Under the pieces are notes generated by a model. The model saw only the letters and a list, made by a program, of their open reading frames with translations. It searched no databases and had not been told where the DNA came from. A program made the translations under genes and the position numbers. A DNA stretch of 64,000 nt from Candidatus Portnoybacteria bacterium. Lineage in GTDB: Bacteria > Patescibacteriota > Minisyncoccia > Portnoybacterales > GWB1-42-6. Below are positions 8,959-19,183 of the stretch, piece by piece; within the stretch, counting starts at the first letter, position 1, and each line of letters starts with the position of its first letter. Where the stretch lies: the NCBI GenBank assembly GCA_028688325.1, contig JAQTYI010000003.1, positions 32,116 through 96,115 of the forward strand. The letters are read 5' to 3'.

Positions 8959-9905
8959 CAAAAACACAGATAAAGATTATTTTCATGGGCACGCCGGAAT
9001 TTGCCGTGCCGATTTTGAAAAAACTGGCCGACAGCGAATATAAGCCGACCGCGGTTTTTTGCGCGCCGGATAAACCGGTGGGACGCAAACAAACTCTGGC
9101 TCCTCCGCCGGTTAAGATTTTAGCGCAAAAATATGGCCTCCCTGTTTACCAGCCAAAAGATAAAAACGAGCTTTCCTATCAGCTAAAAGCTATCAGCTAC
9201 CAGCTAATAATCACCGCCGCCTACGGCCTGATCTTTTCCAAAGATGTCCTGAACGCGCCCCAATACGGCTGCATCAATATTCATCCGTCGCTCCTGCCCA
9301 AATACCGGGGCCCTTCGCCCATTCAGGCCGTCATATTGAACGGCGACCCGGCCACCGGTGTGACAATCTATAAAATGGACGAACAAATCGACCATGGAGA
9401 GATAATCGCGAATCGCGAATCGCGAATCGCGAATCGCAAAATCACCATGCCCGAATTATCTCGAGAACTGTCCGTCCTTGGCGCGGATTTATTATTAGAC
9501 ACCCTTCACGATTGGCTTGCCGGCAAAATCACGCCGGCGCCGCAAGACGAAAGCCAAGCGGCTTTCACCAAAATAATTGCCAAGGAAAACGGCCAAATTA
9601 ACTGGCAAAAATCCGCGCAAGAAATAGAACGGCAAATTCGTGCTTATACCCCTTGGCCAGGCAGCTATTCGCAAGTCGCCAATGGCCAATCGCTAATCGT
9701 CAAAATACTGGAAGCCGAAATATCAGATACAAGCGCCGGAAAACGAGCCGGTGGAATATTTTTGACCGCCGATAATGACCTGGCCGTTCAAACAGGCAAC
9801 GGCGCACTCATCATTAAAAAACTCCAGCTTGAGGGTGGCAAACCGCTTTCTGCTCCAAATTTTCTCCGCGGACATAAAGATATTATCGGAAAGATTTTAA
9901 ATTAG
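8955..9905 (+). CDS. fmt: Methionyl-tRNA formyltransferase
   Basis: FMGTPEFA, PDKPVGR, NIHPSLLPKYRGPSPI. Confidence 0.95.
   Translation: MTKTQIKIIFMGTPEFAVPILKKLADSEYKPTAVFCAPDKPVGRKQTLAPPPVKILAQKYGLPVYQPKDKNELSYQLKAISYQLIITAAYGLIFSKDVLNAPQYGCINIHPSLLPKYRGPSPIQAVILNGDPATGVTIYKMDEQIDHGEIIANRESRIANRKITMPELSRELSVLGADLLLDTLHDWLAGKITPAPQDESQAAFTKIIAKENGQINWQKSAQEIERQIRAYTPWPGSYSQVANGQSLIVKILEAEISDTSAGKRAGGIFLTADNDLAVQTGNGALIIKKLQLEGGKPLSAPNFLRGHKDIIGKILN
9404..9437. repeat. (AATCGCG)n heptamer tandem repeat inside fmt
   Basis: Four full copies plus AATCGC, encoding IANRESRIANR. Confidence 0.9.
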
Positions 9906-9923
9906 ATTACCACTTCTATTTTT

Positions 9924-10030
9924 TGTCATTCCCGCCCCCGCTTCGCGAGGATAAACTTCAGCGGGAATCCAGGACTTTATCGTACCGAATTTATTCAGGA
10001 CCTGGATCCCGGGTCAAGCCCGGGATGACA
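9924..10030. repeat. GTCAT...ATGAC element
   Basis: Ends in ctggatcccgggtcaagcccgggatgaca, as do the copies at 8619 and 12823. Confidence 0.85.
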
Positions 10031-10047
10031 CAATAAGCATTAAAACC

Positions 10048-10084
10048 AAAAACCCCTCTCCGCCCTGGGCGGAGAGGGGTTTTA
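10048..10084. terminator. Bidirectional terminator between convergent genes
   Basis: aaaaacccctctccgccc-t-gggcggagaggggttttt. Confidence 0.75.
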
Positions 10085-10110
10085 TATTCTGATATCAAAA
10101 TACAAGTCCG

Positions 10111-10791
10111 TTATTCAGCGATTTCTTTCCGGAGGCGATTCAAGAAACTGGCTGCCGCGTCTTTGCCGCCGAGCCCAAATGCCAAACCGCCGGCCAAAGC
10201 CAGCATGGCGATGAGGCCCGTGATCAGCGTCTGCAACAAAGCGAAAGCGATGCCAAGTTGAATCAAAGCCGCAAATATCCCAAAAATGACCAGTGACCAA
10301 TAGGTCAAAGCGCCAAGGAACGCCGCTGCTTTGATGTTGGAAGCCGATACGCTGGCTTGTACGATTTTGCGCAAAACACTGGCCAGCCAAAAAGCCACCG
10401 CCAATATCACCACTGATACGACGACGCTAGGGATATAGCTCAAGATGCTGCGCAAGAAAATAGAAACCTCGTTAAGGTTTAAAATATCCGTTGCGGCCAA
10501 CAAGAAAACCAAAACCAGGAACCATTTGACGAAGGCGCCGATCCAGCCGGCAAAATCCATCTTGATTCCCGCTTTTTCAAAAAACTGACCGAGGCCCAGT
10601 TTCTCCAAGCCCGAATCAATCCTCAAGGCGCGCAACAATTGGACTATTAATTTTTGCAACCCCACGGCAATAGCCCAACCCACGAAGAAGATAACCAGGG
10701 CGCCCAATAAACTCGGCAAAAAAACGATAAAGCCGCCCCAAATCTCCTGGAACGCGTTTACCGTAACCTCTGTCCAAGATTGTAATAGCAT
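10111..10791 (-). CDS. Membrane protein with TM_helix repeats (MscS/CmpX-like)
   Basis: FLPSLLGAL..GW, YIPSVV, ALAGGLAFGLGGKD. Confidence 0.7.
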   Translation of the reverse strand: MLLQSWTEVTVNAFQEIWGGFIVFLPSLLGALVIFFVGWAIAVGLQKLIVQLLRALRIDSGLEKLGLGQFFEKAGIKMDFAGWIGAFVKWFLVLVFLLAATDILNLNEVSIFLRSILSYIPSVVVSVVILAVAFWLASVLRKIVQASVSASNIKAAAFLGALTYWSLVIFGIFAALIQLGIAFALLQTLITGLIAMLALAGGLAFGLGGKDAAASFLNRLRKEIAE

Positions 10792-10977
10792 TTATTTCAC
10801 CTCCCTTCTTGCCCTCCGAAGCGTTTGCGCGGGAGGGCCGGATAAACAAAACCCGCATCCCCTTCAAAAAGGGACCCGGGTTAAACACATTTATTATCGA
10901 CCAAAATTTCCATTACTTTTATTATGAGCCCAAACAAAAACCCCGTCCATAGGCGGGGTTGTGGATAAATAAACTAT

Positions 10978-11205
10978 TGCACCGGGAGGGAATCGGCCTC
11001 GGCTCTCGACTCGCAGTTTACCCGAACATAATCGAGGGGCGCTCCTCGGCCTGGCCACCGGCTCGCAGCTTCGCCTGCTGGCGAAACATCGCTCCGCCGT
11101 TCGATTCCTTGCGCGAGCCAAGCAGTTGGCTCGCTCCATGCACAAAAAAATAACTCTGGCGGGTTACTCTTTTTTGTTTACCCTGGGTTTATTTAAATCG
11201 AAAGG
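10978..11205 (-). mobile_element. tRNA-Lys 3'-anchored mini-element with duplicated tRNA 3' end
   Basis: 18-bp direct repeat tgcaccgggagggaatcg at 10978 and 11206; core homologous to 33338-33480. Confidence 0.65.
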
Positions 11206-11278
11206 TGCACCGGGAGGGAATCGAACCCACGACCGTCTCCTTAAAAGGGAGCTGCTCTACCGACTGAGCTACCGGTGC
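11206..11278 (-). tRNA. tRNA-Lys(TTT)
   Basis: GCACCGGTAGCTCAGTCGGTAGAGCA-CTCC-CTTTTAA-GGAG...GGTTCGATTCC; cloverleaf. Confidence 0.95.
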
Positions 11279-11425
11279 GCAACTACGCTCCGATTTTCAT
11301 CGGAGCTTCGATGGGCAAGCATTGAGTCAAGTAAACTGCTTGTCCGTCCGAAGCTCAAATGTAATGCGAGCGGAGGCGGAAGCTACCGGTGCGCACTTAA
11401 TAATTTACCATATTTTACAGAAAAA

Positions 11426-12121
11426 TCAACCCCCTGCTTCTTCTTGGTTTTTTAATTTTTCTCTTATCAGCACTTTTATTGCCGTCAGGCCGTCGCGGTA
11501 TTTTACTTTTTTGCCTTCCTTTTTTACCCGCGGATTGTAGGTTATGGACAGCTCGGTTATTTTAATTCCTTGCTTCAAAATTTTAGCGGTGATTTCCGGC
11601 TCAATTTCAAACCGCTTGCCCGCTAATGACAGATTTTTTAGAATATCCGCCCGAAACATTTTATAGGCCGTTTCCATATCGGTCAATTTTGCGCCGAAAA
11701 GAAAATTGGTCAGGCCCGTTAAAAAACGATTGCCCAAATAATGGACCTTGTTTTTCTCGGGCCGATAGCCGACAAAACGGGAGCCGTAAACGACAGAAAG
11801 ATCGTTTTTCAACAAATGGTCAAAAAGCGAAGAAATCTGATCGATGTCATATTCCAAGTCCGCATCGCAAAAAACTACAAAATTGCCGCGCGCGGCATCA
11901 ATGCCCGTCTTCACGGCCGCACCCTTGCCCAAGTTGCTTTCGTGCTTCAAATTTTTTATTTTTGAATAAAAGCCGCTTATTTTTTCACTGGTGCCGTCGG
12001 TTGAGCCGTCATCAACCACAATAATCTCTTTGTCCATCGCCAACGCCAACAAACGCTCCAGCACTTCTTGGATTGTTTGCACCTCATTGAAAACCGGAAC
12101 AATAATGGAAAGCTTGGGCAT
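11426..12121 (-). CDS. GT2 glycosyltransferase (DPM1-like)
   Basis: SIIVPVFNE, VDDGSTDGT, GKGAA, DADLEY, GSRF, TDMET. Confidence 0.9.
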   Translation of the reverse strand: MPKLSIIVPVFNEVQTIQEVLERLLALAMDKEIIVVDDGSTDGTSEKISGFYSKIKNLKHESNLGKGAAVKTGIDAARGNFVVFCDADLEYDIDQISSLFDHLLKNDLSVVYGSRFVGYRPEKNKVHYLGNRFLTGLTNFLFGAKLTDMETAYKMFRADILKNLSLAGKRFEIEPEITAKILKQGIKITELSITYNPRVKKEGKKVKYRDGLTAIKVLIREKLKNQEEAGG

Positions 12122-12207
12122 AATAAAAATTTTCAATTATCAACTTTCAATTTTCAACAAAGCCCCGCTGCGCGGGGCGAAAAATACAACCTTCAAATTA
12201 ATAAAAT

Positions 12208-12750
12208 TTATTCTTCATAGCTATACTGGGACTGGCGGCCGCGCAGAAACATTATGGCCAGAATCGGCGCCAGAAGCCACATAAAATACGGCCATGGGCC
12301 GACAAAAATAATTTGCGCCAACGGACTGAGGCCGGCCGTCACTTTTGCCGGCAAAAAAGCGATAATCATGGATAAAATCAAACCGATCTGTAAAACGCTC
12401 AGAATTAATATCTGCCACCAAGCACCGCTTCCTTTTCCTCCCAGGCGCATAGTGTGGCGCAGAGAAGAATGAGGAATAGCGAAATAGAAACCCAGCACCA
12501 GCGCCAAAAAAATAAATATCTGCGTCGTGCTGACCGGCGCCGCTTTTAAGCCGAGCCAAGAAAGTTCTTTCCAGGGAATCGCGCGGGTGAGCAAAAAGGA
12601 AAAATAAGCCCCCAGCATCATCGCCACCAGCCGGTTGCGCCCCATAAAAAGCCCATAGGCCAGTGCCACGGCTAAAAATACCAAAGCGCTCAGCCAGTCC
12701 CAAGAGCCAGAAAAGCTTATATTTTGCAGATTTATAAAAGCGAGATTCAT
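12208..12750 (-). CDS. Hypothetical multi-pass membrane protein
   Basis: Five hydrophobic segments; co-directional with the dnaK operon. Confidence 0.7.
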   Translation of the reverse strand: MNLAFINLQNISFSGSWDWLSALVFLAVALAYGLFMGRNRLVAMMLGAYFSFLLTRAIPWKELSWLGLKAAPVSTTQIFIFLALVLGFYFAIPHSSLRHTMRLGGKGSGAWWQILILSVLQIGLILSMIIAFLPAKVTAGLSPLAQIIFVGPWPYFMWLLAPILAIMFLRGRQSQYSYEE

Positions 12751-12792
12751 AATCCTCCAATTACGAATTTATTTTTATCTATTCTGTTTATT

Positions 12793-12984
12793 CCGCGCAT
12801 ACGAAAAACTTTACACCTTCTTTGTCATTTCCGCCCCACATCAAGTGCGGGGTAAACTGGAGACGGGAATCTAGGCCTTAACCCCTGAATCTGGATCCCG
12901 GGTCAAGCCCGGGATGACAACTGGTGTTGTCAATTTTATCGTCGGGCGCAGTTTTTGCGCCACTTTTTGCTGCCAAAAAGTGGC
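12793..12984. repeat. Long structured repeat with nested 97-bp GTCAT element (12823-12919)
   Basis: Ends match the copies at 17855 and 32249 (cgcgcatacgaaaaa / aattttatcgtc.g.gcg...ccaaaaag). Confidence 0.8.
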
Positions 12985-13008
12985 AAGCGACAAAAAGGTA
13001 GTAAAAAA

Positions 13009-14127
13009 TTATTGTTCTATTTCTCTTCTTAAACCTTCTAACAACTCCTTAGCTTTTTTAGACAAGTGCTTGGGTGTTTTTATCTTCACTTTCACTATCA
13101 TATCACCCGCTCCTCGCCGCTGCAAACGAGGCATACCCCTGCCCTCCAATTGAATATTGGTGCCGCTTTCCACGCCTTCAGGAATTTTCAGCTTAACCCA
13201 GCCGGCCAGCGTCGGCACTTCAATTTTGTCGCCCAAAGCCGCTTGAGAAAAAGAAATCTGCAAATTGTAGAACAGGTCGTCGCCCTCTCGCGAAAATCGC
13301 GGATCGGGCCGAACATGCACCGTTACATATAAATCCCCTGCTGGCGCGCCGTACGGGCCCGCCTCACCCTGACCGGCCAAACTGATAACCTGCCCGTCGC
13401 TGATGCCCGCGGGAATTTTAACCCTCAATGACTTGCTTTCTTTTATCCTGCCTTCTCCGCCGCATTTTGAACAAGCTTTATCGGGCTTCTTACCGCTGCC
13501 GTGGCATGCGGGGCATATCACTACTTGGGAAAAATTGAAAAATCCGTTGCCGCTGCGCTGTTCAACCTGGCCCGCGCCTTTGCAGGTCGGGCAGGTTTTC
13601 AGTTTTGAACCCGGTTCCGCTCCGTTGCCCGAGCACCTGTCGCAAACTACGGCCCGCCGCAAATTTATTTCCTTGTCCATTCCCCTAAAAGCATCTTCCA
13701 GGGATATTTCCACATCCACACCAATATTTTGCCTCCGGCTGCTCCTTGCACTTCTGCCCCGTCCGCTGCCGCCAAATATACCCTCAAAGATATCTTCAAA
13801 TCCGCCGCCATTTCTGTTGTTGTTGCTATTGCCGCCTTGACCGAAATTAAACGCCTCGGCAAAAGAGGAAAAATCACGGAAGCCCTCAAAACCGGGCGCA
13901 CCGCCCCGGGCCTGCGCTTGTTCGAAAGTGGAGCCGAACCGGTCATATTGGCTTTTTTTCTGCGGATCGGATAGGACTTGGTAGGCCTCGTTCACTTCCT
14001 TGAATTTTTCCTGGTCGCCGCCCTTGTCCGGATGGTGTTGCTGCGCCAAGCGCCGATAAGCCCGCTTGATCTCATCAGGCGAGGCGGTCTTTAAAACATC
14101 AAGAATTTTATAATAATCTTTGGACAC
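13009..14127 (-). CDS. dnaJ: Chaperone DnaJ
   Basis: DYYKIL..HPD, G/F region, four CxxCxGxG; GTG start assumed. Confidence 0.95.
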   Translation of the reverse strand: MSKDYYKILDVLKTASPDEIKRAYRRLAQQHHPDKGGDQEKFKEVNEAYQVLSDPQKKSQYDRFGSTFEQAQARGGAPGFEGFRDFSSFAEAFNFGQGGNSNNNRNGGGFEDIFEGIFGGSGRGRSARSSRRQNIGVDVEISLEDAFRGMDKEINLRRAVVCDRCSGNGAEPGSKLKTCPTCKGAGQVEQRSGNGFFNFSQVVICPACHGSGKKPDKACSKCGGEGRIKESKSLRVKIPAGISDGQVISLAGQGEAGPYGAPAGDLYVTVHVRPDPRFSREGDDLFYNLQISFSQAALGDKIEVPTLAGWVKLKIPEGVESGTNIQLEGRGMPRLQRRGAGDMIVKVKIKTPKHLSKKAKELLEGLRREIEQ

Positions 14128-14132
14128 AAAAT

Positions 14133-14260
14133 TAATAACCAATCACCAAGATACAAGATACAAACAAATTGCAATAATCAAATTTAAAAAGTTCAAACCG
14201 GTTTGATTATTGAATTTTGGGATTTGAAATTTGTTTGGTTATTGTATCTTGGTTATTGTC
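14133..14260. repeat. Inverted heptamer-period array
   Basis: aataaccaatcaccaagatacaagatacaa... mirrored by ttggttattgtatcttggttattg. Confidence 0.75.
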
Positions 14261-14262
14261 TC

Positions 14263-15084
14263 TTATATCTCTAAAATTTCCCTTTCCGCCGCCACTTTAT
14301 TTATTTTAACCACTCCGCTCCACAACAGCGCTCGGAATACCAGCCAGGCAAAAAGCATCATCGCCCAGGAAAGAAAAGTGCCGATAACCTTAAGGCCGAA
14401 AAATATGCTGACTGAAGCCCCCAACGGCAACCATTTTTTAGACGACCGGCCGGCTGCGCTTATTTCTTCATTCATTGAAAAATATATCTTATCTAAAACC
14501 TCCGCTTTTTGTTTTTTAAACTCCGGAGTCGGTTTTAAATCTGTCTTTTGCGGCGAACTTATACCCAAGGCCAGATCGGCTGCCGGACCGGCAATAGCAT
14601 CGAACAAAGGCCGGGGCACAGAAATATTGCCTCCCAGCGACTGGGTGAATGGCGTAAAATAAAAAAGCAAGGTAACGAGCAACGCCAGGCCCGTGATCAT
14701 CGGCGCCAGGCCTTTTCGGAGAATTATCCCGGAAATGAACTTTATCCGCAGTGTCTTTTCAAAATGGCTGCGATAAGCCGCCAGAATAAAAAATATTATC
14801 GCGCCGGCCAGCACGAGCATAGTTGCCAAGCCCGGTTTCAAAAAAACCAAAACCGGCAAGATTATCGCCGCCGGCATGCCGTATAAAAACAGCTCGTCGC
14901 TTTCAACAAGGAAAAATAATCCCGCGCAAATTCCCAAAGCCATCAAAAAAACCAAAGACCAAATTGATCTTACTATCCAATCGGGGCTGTCGCTTAACGC
15001 GTTCGTCAATGTCGCCCAAAATAAAAACGAAAAAACCAGGATTAAAACTCCCAACGCCGAATGTACGATAATTTTCTTGTTCAC
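14263..15084 (-). CDS. Hypothetical multi-pass membrane protein
   Basis: Long hydrophobic ORF between dnaK and dnaJ; start uncertain (15084 or 15102). Confidence 0.7.
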   Translation of the reverse strand: MNKKIIVHSALGVLILVFSFLFWATLTNALSDSPDWIVRSIWSLVFLMALGICAGLFFLVESDELFLYGMPAAIILPVLVFLKPGLATMLVLAGAIIFFILAAYRSHFEKTLRIKFISGIILRKGLAPMITGLALLVTLLFYFTPFTQSLGGNISVPRPLFDAIAGPAADLALGISSPQKTDLKPTPEFKKQKAEVLDKIYFSMNEEISAAGRSSKKWLPLGASVSIFFGLKVIGTFLSWAMMLFAWLVFRALLWSGVVKINKVAAEREILEI

Positions 15085-15150
15085 CCCGCTAGAATTTTCC
15101 ACAAATAACGAATCACCCGTTAAATCTTATATTTAAAAATTCTAACGGGG
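15084..15150. mobile_element. MITE-like element (CCCCG.TAGAA...TTCTAACGGGG), TSD TTCA
   Basis: Terminal inverted repeats flanked by ttca on both sides. Confidence 0.6.
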
Positions 15151-15253
15151 TTCATGCGGTAATTATCGCAAAAATCAGCAACTTTATCAACCCGCATAAA
15201 TGCCGTCGCGCCCCGCCTCGAGGCGGGGCGCAAATTTTAACATTAGACGGTGG

Positions 15254-17098
15254 CTATTTCTTTTCGCTTCCTTCTTCAAACTCTCCCTTAATAGACCCGT
15301 CTCCCTTATCTTTAATTTCCGGCTCCTCGGTTACTTCTTTTTCCGTGGCTTTTTCCTGTTTGTACATTTCCGAGCCGATTTTTTGGATCTCCTGCTGCAA
15401 GGCGTCCAAGGATTGCTTCAAGGCCGCTTCGTCGTTGCCATCTTTCACTTTTTTTACGGCCTCTATCTTTTCTTCCACGCCTCTTTTGATGTCCGCCGGC
15501 ACTTTATCGCCAGCGTCGCGCAAGGTTTTTTCAACGCTGTAGATTGTCGTATCGGCCTGATTGCGCAGATCGATTATTTCTTTCAGTTTGCGGTCATCGG
15601 CCGCGTGCGCTTCGGCTTCTTGCTTCATGCGCTCAATATCTTCTTTAGACAACGCGGAAGTATCTTTAATGGTGATATTCTGAGATTTATTGGTGGCCTT
15701 ATCTTTAGCCGTCACAGTTAAAATGCCGTTGGCGTCGATATCAAAGCTAACTTCGATCTGCGGCACGCCCCGCGGCGCCGGCGGAATTCCATCCAATATA
15801 AAGCGCCCCAAGGTCCTGTTGTCTTTCGCCAGAGGCCGCTCGCCCTGCAAAATATGGATTTCCACGCCCGGCTGATTATCGGAAGCCGTGGAGAACACCT
15901 GTGATTTTTGCGCGGGAATTGTCGTGTTGCGCTCAATTAGCGGAGTTGAAACGCTGCCCATAGTTTCAATGCCCAGGGTCAAAGGCGTAACATCAAGCAA
16001 CAGAACATCTTTCATTTCGCCGCCCAACACCGCCCCCTGAATGGCCGCGCCCATCGCCACGCATTCCATCGGGTCAACGCCCCGTTCGATTTTTTTGCCG
16101 ATATAGTCCTCGACGAATTTTTGCATTATCGGCATGCGCGTGGGCCCGCCCACCATAATGATACGGGTGATGTTTTGCGGACCCAATTTGGCATCATTCA
16201 ACGCCTGTTCCATCGGATGCTTGCAACGGTCGATTATGGGCTTGACCAATTCTTCCAGCTTGGCGCGCGTAATTTTCAATTGCAAATGCTTGGGGCCGTT
16301 CTGATCGGCCGTAATGAATGGCAAGTTGATATCCGTTTCCAGGGTGGAGGAAAGTTCTATTTTGGCTTTTTCCGCCGCTTCCTTCAAACGCGTCATGGCC
16401 ATTTTGTCTTTGCCCAGATCGATGCCGGATTCTTTCTTGAATTCACCCATAATATAATTAACCAGATTCTCATCCATATCCGTGCCGCCAAGATGTGTGT
16501 CGCCGGAAGTGGAAATAACCTCAAACACGCCTTCGCCAAATTCCATAATGGTGCAATCCAGCGTTCCACCGCCAAAGTCAAACACCAATATCTTTTCATC
16601 TTTGCCGGCCTTATCTATTCCGTAGGCCAAAGCCGCGGCTGTGGGCTCGTTGATTATGCGCACAACCTCCAAACCGGCGATGGAACCGGCGTCTTTGGTC
16701 GCCTGGCGCTGGGCATCATTAAAATATGCCGGCACGGTGATGACCGCTTTTTCCACCCGGTCGCCAAGATAGGCCTCGGCGTCTTTTTTTATTTTTTGCA
16801 AAATATACGCGGAAATCTGTTGGGGAGTGTATTCTTTCGCGTCTATTTTTATTTTTTCATCCGTGCCCATTTTGCGCTTAACGGCCAAGATGGTGCGCTC
16901 GGGATTGGTCACGGCCTGGCGCCGGGCCGGCTCGCCCACTAAAAGCTGGCCGTCTTTAGTGAAAGCCACATAAGAAGGAAACGCCTTGCCGCCAACGGTT
17001 GTGCCTTCGGCAGAAGGAATGATTAGGGGCTTGCCGGCTTCAACAACCGCCGCCGCCGAATTTGATGTGCCCAGATCGATACCGATGATTTTTGACAT
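15254..17098 (-). CDS. dnaK: Chaperone DnaK
   Basis: [40 protein letters not shown]. Confidence 0.97.
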   Translation of the reverse strand: MSKIIGIDLGTSNSAAAVVEAGKPLIIPSAEGTTVGGKAFPSYVAFTKDGQLLVGEPARRQAVTNPERTILAVKRKMGTDEKIKIDAKEYTPQQISAYILQKIKKDAEAYLGDRVEKAVITVPAYFNDAQRQATKDAGSIAGLEVVRIINEPTAAALAYGIDKAGKDEKILVFDFGGGTLDCTIMEFGEGVFEVISTSGDTHLGGTDMDENLVNYIMGEFKKESGIDLGKDKMAMTRLKEAAEKAKIELSSTLETDINLPFITADQNGPKHLQLKITRAKLEELVKPIIDRCKHPMEQALNDAKLGPQNITRIIMVGGPTRMPIMQKFVEDYIGKKIERGVDPMECVAMGAAIQGAVLGGEMKDVLLLDVTPLTLGIETMGSVSTPLIERNTTIPAQKSQVFSTASDNQPGVEIHILQGERPLAKDNRTLGRFILDGIPPAPRGVPQIEVSFDIDANGILTVTAKDKATNKSQNITIKDTSALSKEDIERMKQEAEAHAADDRKLKEIIDLRNQADTTIYSVEKTLRDAGDKVPADIKRGVEEKIEAVKKVKDGNDEAALKQSLDALQQEIQKIGSEMYKQEKATEKEVTEEPEIKDKGDGSIKGEFEEGSEKK

Positions 17099-17107
17099 AA
17101 CTTTTTT

Positions 17108-17228
17108 AAAAATCCAAATTACCAAATCCCAATGACCAATCAATGACCAAGCCCTAAATCCCAAAAATTCATTTTGACATTGGGATTTGGGATTTTATTG
17201 GTCATTGGAAATTTGACATTTGATATTT
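17108..17228. repeat. Inverted heptamer-period array
   Basis: aaatcccaatgaccaa...ttgacattgggatttgggatttt; homologous to the arrays at 20886 and 25034. Confidence 0.8.
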
Positions 17229-17245
17229 ATTTATATTTTTTAAAT

Positions 17246-17836
17246 TTATTTACTCACCTTCACTTTCGCCGCTCTTATAATTTTTCCATTTAATAAATAT
17301 CCCTTCTGCACTTCCTCCACGACCGCGCCTTCGCCGACATCCTTCGCTTCCACACACTCAACAGCTTCATGCAGCGCCGGATCGAATTTTTCACCAACCG
17401 CCTTCATCTCCATTAAGCCGTGTTTCGATAAAATCTTCATTAATTGGTCGCGTACAATTTTTAAACCCTCTACTCCTCCCTTTGAATTTAACCCCTCTTC
17501 GCCACCCTTTAAAAGGGGGGTTGGGGGGTTAGAACTTTTTTCCCCGCGCTCCTGCGCTGCTGAAGCGTCTAAAGTATCCAGCACGGGCAGCAAATCCCTC
17601 AATAGCCCTTCCCCGAACATCTTGCTCCACTCGCCCATCTGCTCTTCCTGGCGCCGCCTGTAATTTATAAAATCCGCCTGCGCCCGCTGCCAGCCCGCCA
17701 GATTATCCTGTTTTTCTTTCTGGCACTGCTCCAGTTTTTCTTTCATCTTTCCCAGCTTGTCTTTCATATCAACCGCGGCACTTTCGTTGTTTTCTTCTTC
17801 GTAATTTATATCTCGGCCTTTTTCTTCTTTATCCAT
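17246..17836 (-). CDS. grpE: Nucleotide exchange factor GrpE
   Basis: RAQADFINYRRR, LLPVLD, FDPALHEAV, QKGY.L...IRAAKV. Confidence 0.95.
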   Translation of the reverse strand: MDKEEKGRDINYEEENNESAAVDMKDKLGKMKEKLEQCQKEKQDNLAGWQRAQADFINYRRRQEEQMGEWSKMFGEGLLRDLLPVLDTLDASAAQERGEKSSNPPTPLLKGGEEGLNSKGGVEGLKIVRDQLMKILSKHGLMEMKAVGEKFDPALHEAVECVEAKDVGEGAVVEEVQKGYLLNGKIIRAAKVKVSK

Positions 17837-17854
17837 ATATATTGGTATTTTTTA

Positions 17855-18048
17855 CGCGCATGCGAAAAATTTTGCTATGAATTCGCGATGAGTTGAGCGT
17901 TAAAAAATTGCGTGCTGTGGTGGGGCCCCGATCGTCAGGTCGGGGCGTTGTGGATAGCAATTTTAGCGAAACGAATCCGAATTTATCAAAATTTTATCGC
18001 CGCGCGGCGGTTTTTTCCGCCGCTTTTTTGCCGCCAAAAAAGCGGCAA
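17855..18048. repeat. Long structured intergenic repeat
   Basis: Collinear with 32249-32437, including ggggccccga.cgtcaggtcggggcgttg. Confidence 0.85.
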
Positions 18049-18052
18049 AAGA

Positions 18053-18769
18053 TTATTGTTTATTGTTAACTGTTTTCTGTTTATTGACGCGCTTGCGCGT
18101 CTCTTCCAGCACAAACTTGTTTTTCCGGTAATTCATCCTCTTTGGCCCTAAAATCCCCAGAACGCCTCTCTCGCCGTCATTGTCGAAACCCGTCACCACC
18201 AAACTGTAATTTCGCAAATATTTTATGGGGTTTTCGCGGCCGATATAAATTTCCGTTTCTTCATCCATATCGCCGAAAAACTTATTGAAATCATCTTCCA
18301 GCGAATCAAAGCATTTCATTATATTTTTCAGATCACCGTCCTCAAATTCCGGCTCTTCTGCCAGCCACCCCAGCCCCGCTCCGTGAAAATCAGCCGCTTG
18401 TCCGAAAACCCCCGATAATCCCAGCCCCCGCGAGCAATCGGCCAAAAACTGCGCCATTTCTTTCATTGAGTCATCGTGAATTTTCCTCATCCGGGCCAAA
18501 ACATGCTCCTGCTCGCTCCGGCTAAAATCCTCTTCGCCGAATTCCTCAATAAAAAACCGAAAGGCCTTATCCGTGGGAAGCCGCCCCGCCGAGGTGTGGG
18601 GCTGCTCCAAAAATCCCTCTTTATCCAAAACGAGCATCTCCGCGCGGACGGTGGCGGGACTGAAGTCAAAATGCCACCTATCAGCCAAATCCGAAGACGC
18701 CACCGGCTCACCCGTCCGCTGGTATTCTTTTACTACGGCTTTTAAGATTTTCTTGCGTCTTTCCTGCAT
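18053..18769 (-). CDS. hrcA: Heat-inducible transcription repressor HrcA (short form)
   Basis: EPVAS, SPATVR.EM, QPHTSAGR.PT, GILGPKRMNY. Confidence 0.92.
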   Translation of the reverse strand: MQERRKKILKAVVKEYQRTGEPVASSDLADRWHFDFSPATVRAEMLVLDKEGFLEQPHTSAGRLPTDKAFRFFIEEFGEEDFSRSEQEHVLARMRKIHDDSMKEMAQFLADCSRGLGLSGVFGQAADFHGAGLGWLAEEPEFEDGDLKNIMKCFDSLEDDFNKFFGDMDEETEIYIGRENPIKYLRNYSLVVTGFDNDGERGVLGILGPKRMNYRKNKFVLEETRKRVNKQKTVNNKQ

Positions 18770-18785
18770 AAAATAAAAAATAAGT

Positions 18786-18842
18786 TGTCGTCCTGAGCTT
18801 GTTTCAGGACCTTAGAGATGCCGAAACAAGTTCGGCATGACA
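18786..18842. repeat. GTC...ATGAC repeat in the hrcA leader
   Basis: tgtcgtcctgagcttgtttcagga...tgccgaaacaagttcggcatgaca. Confidence 0.75.
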
Positions 18843-18854
18843 AAATAATACGGA

Positions 18855-18881
18855 TTAGCAGTCCCATACCGCGACTGCTAA
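18855..18881. promoter_or_regulatory. CIRCE operator (variant)
   Basis: TTAGCAGTC-N9-GACTGCTAA directly upstream of hrcA. Confidence 0.9.
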
Positions 18882-18885
18882 AATC

Positions 18886-18914
18886 ATTCTATTACCACCT
18901 AAAACCTTTGTCAA
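18886..18914 (-). promoter_or_regulatory. Sigma70 promoter of the hrcA operon
   Basis: TTGACA-17-TAGAAT on the minus strand. Confidence 0.8.
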
Positions 18915-18955
18915 CTCCCCTCTTTTGTAAAAAGGGGCTGGGGGAGAAGATTTAG

Positions 18956-19087
18956 TTGGCATCCGATGTCCAAAATATTAAAGACCCCGCACCCAGGACA
19001 TCGGATGTCCTAATATTGAATTTAATCTGCTGACATCCGACAACTTAAAATTCAGAATTCTTTAATATTCGGGTTGTCGGATGTCAA
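18956..19087. repeat. 132-bp double-hairpin repeat, copy 1
   Basis: Direct repeat of 20962-21093. Confidence 0.85.
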
Positions 19088-19183
19088 TACTGGCAAAATA
19101 AAAAACCGCTTGGATTTCCAAGCGGGAGCAGTTGGTCTGCTCGGTCCATAAAAAATCGGAATTGAGACGGGAAAATATAAAGA

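Noticed and set aside
10894-11540. ORFs over tRNA-Lys and its flanking elements
   Set aside because: Translations of tRNA and repeat DNA with no protein features
16121-16942. 273-aa plus-strand ORF and other long antisense ORFs
   Set aside because: Shadows of highly conserved genes (dnaK, dnaB, rmuC and others) on the opposite strand
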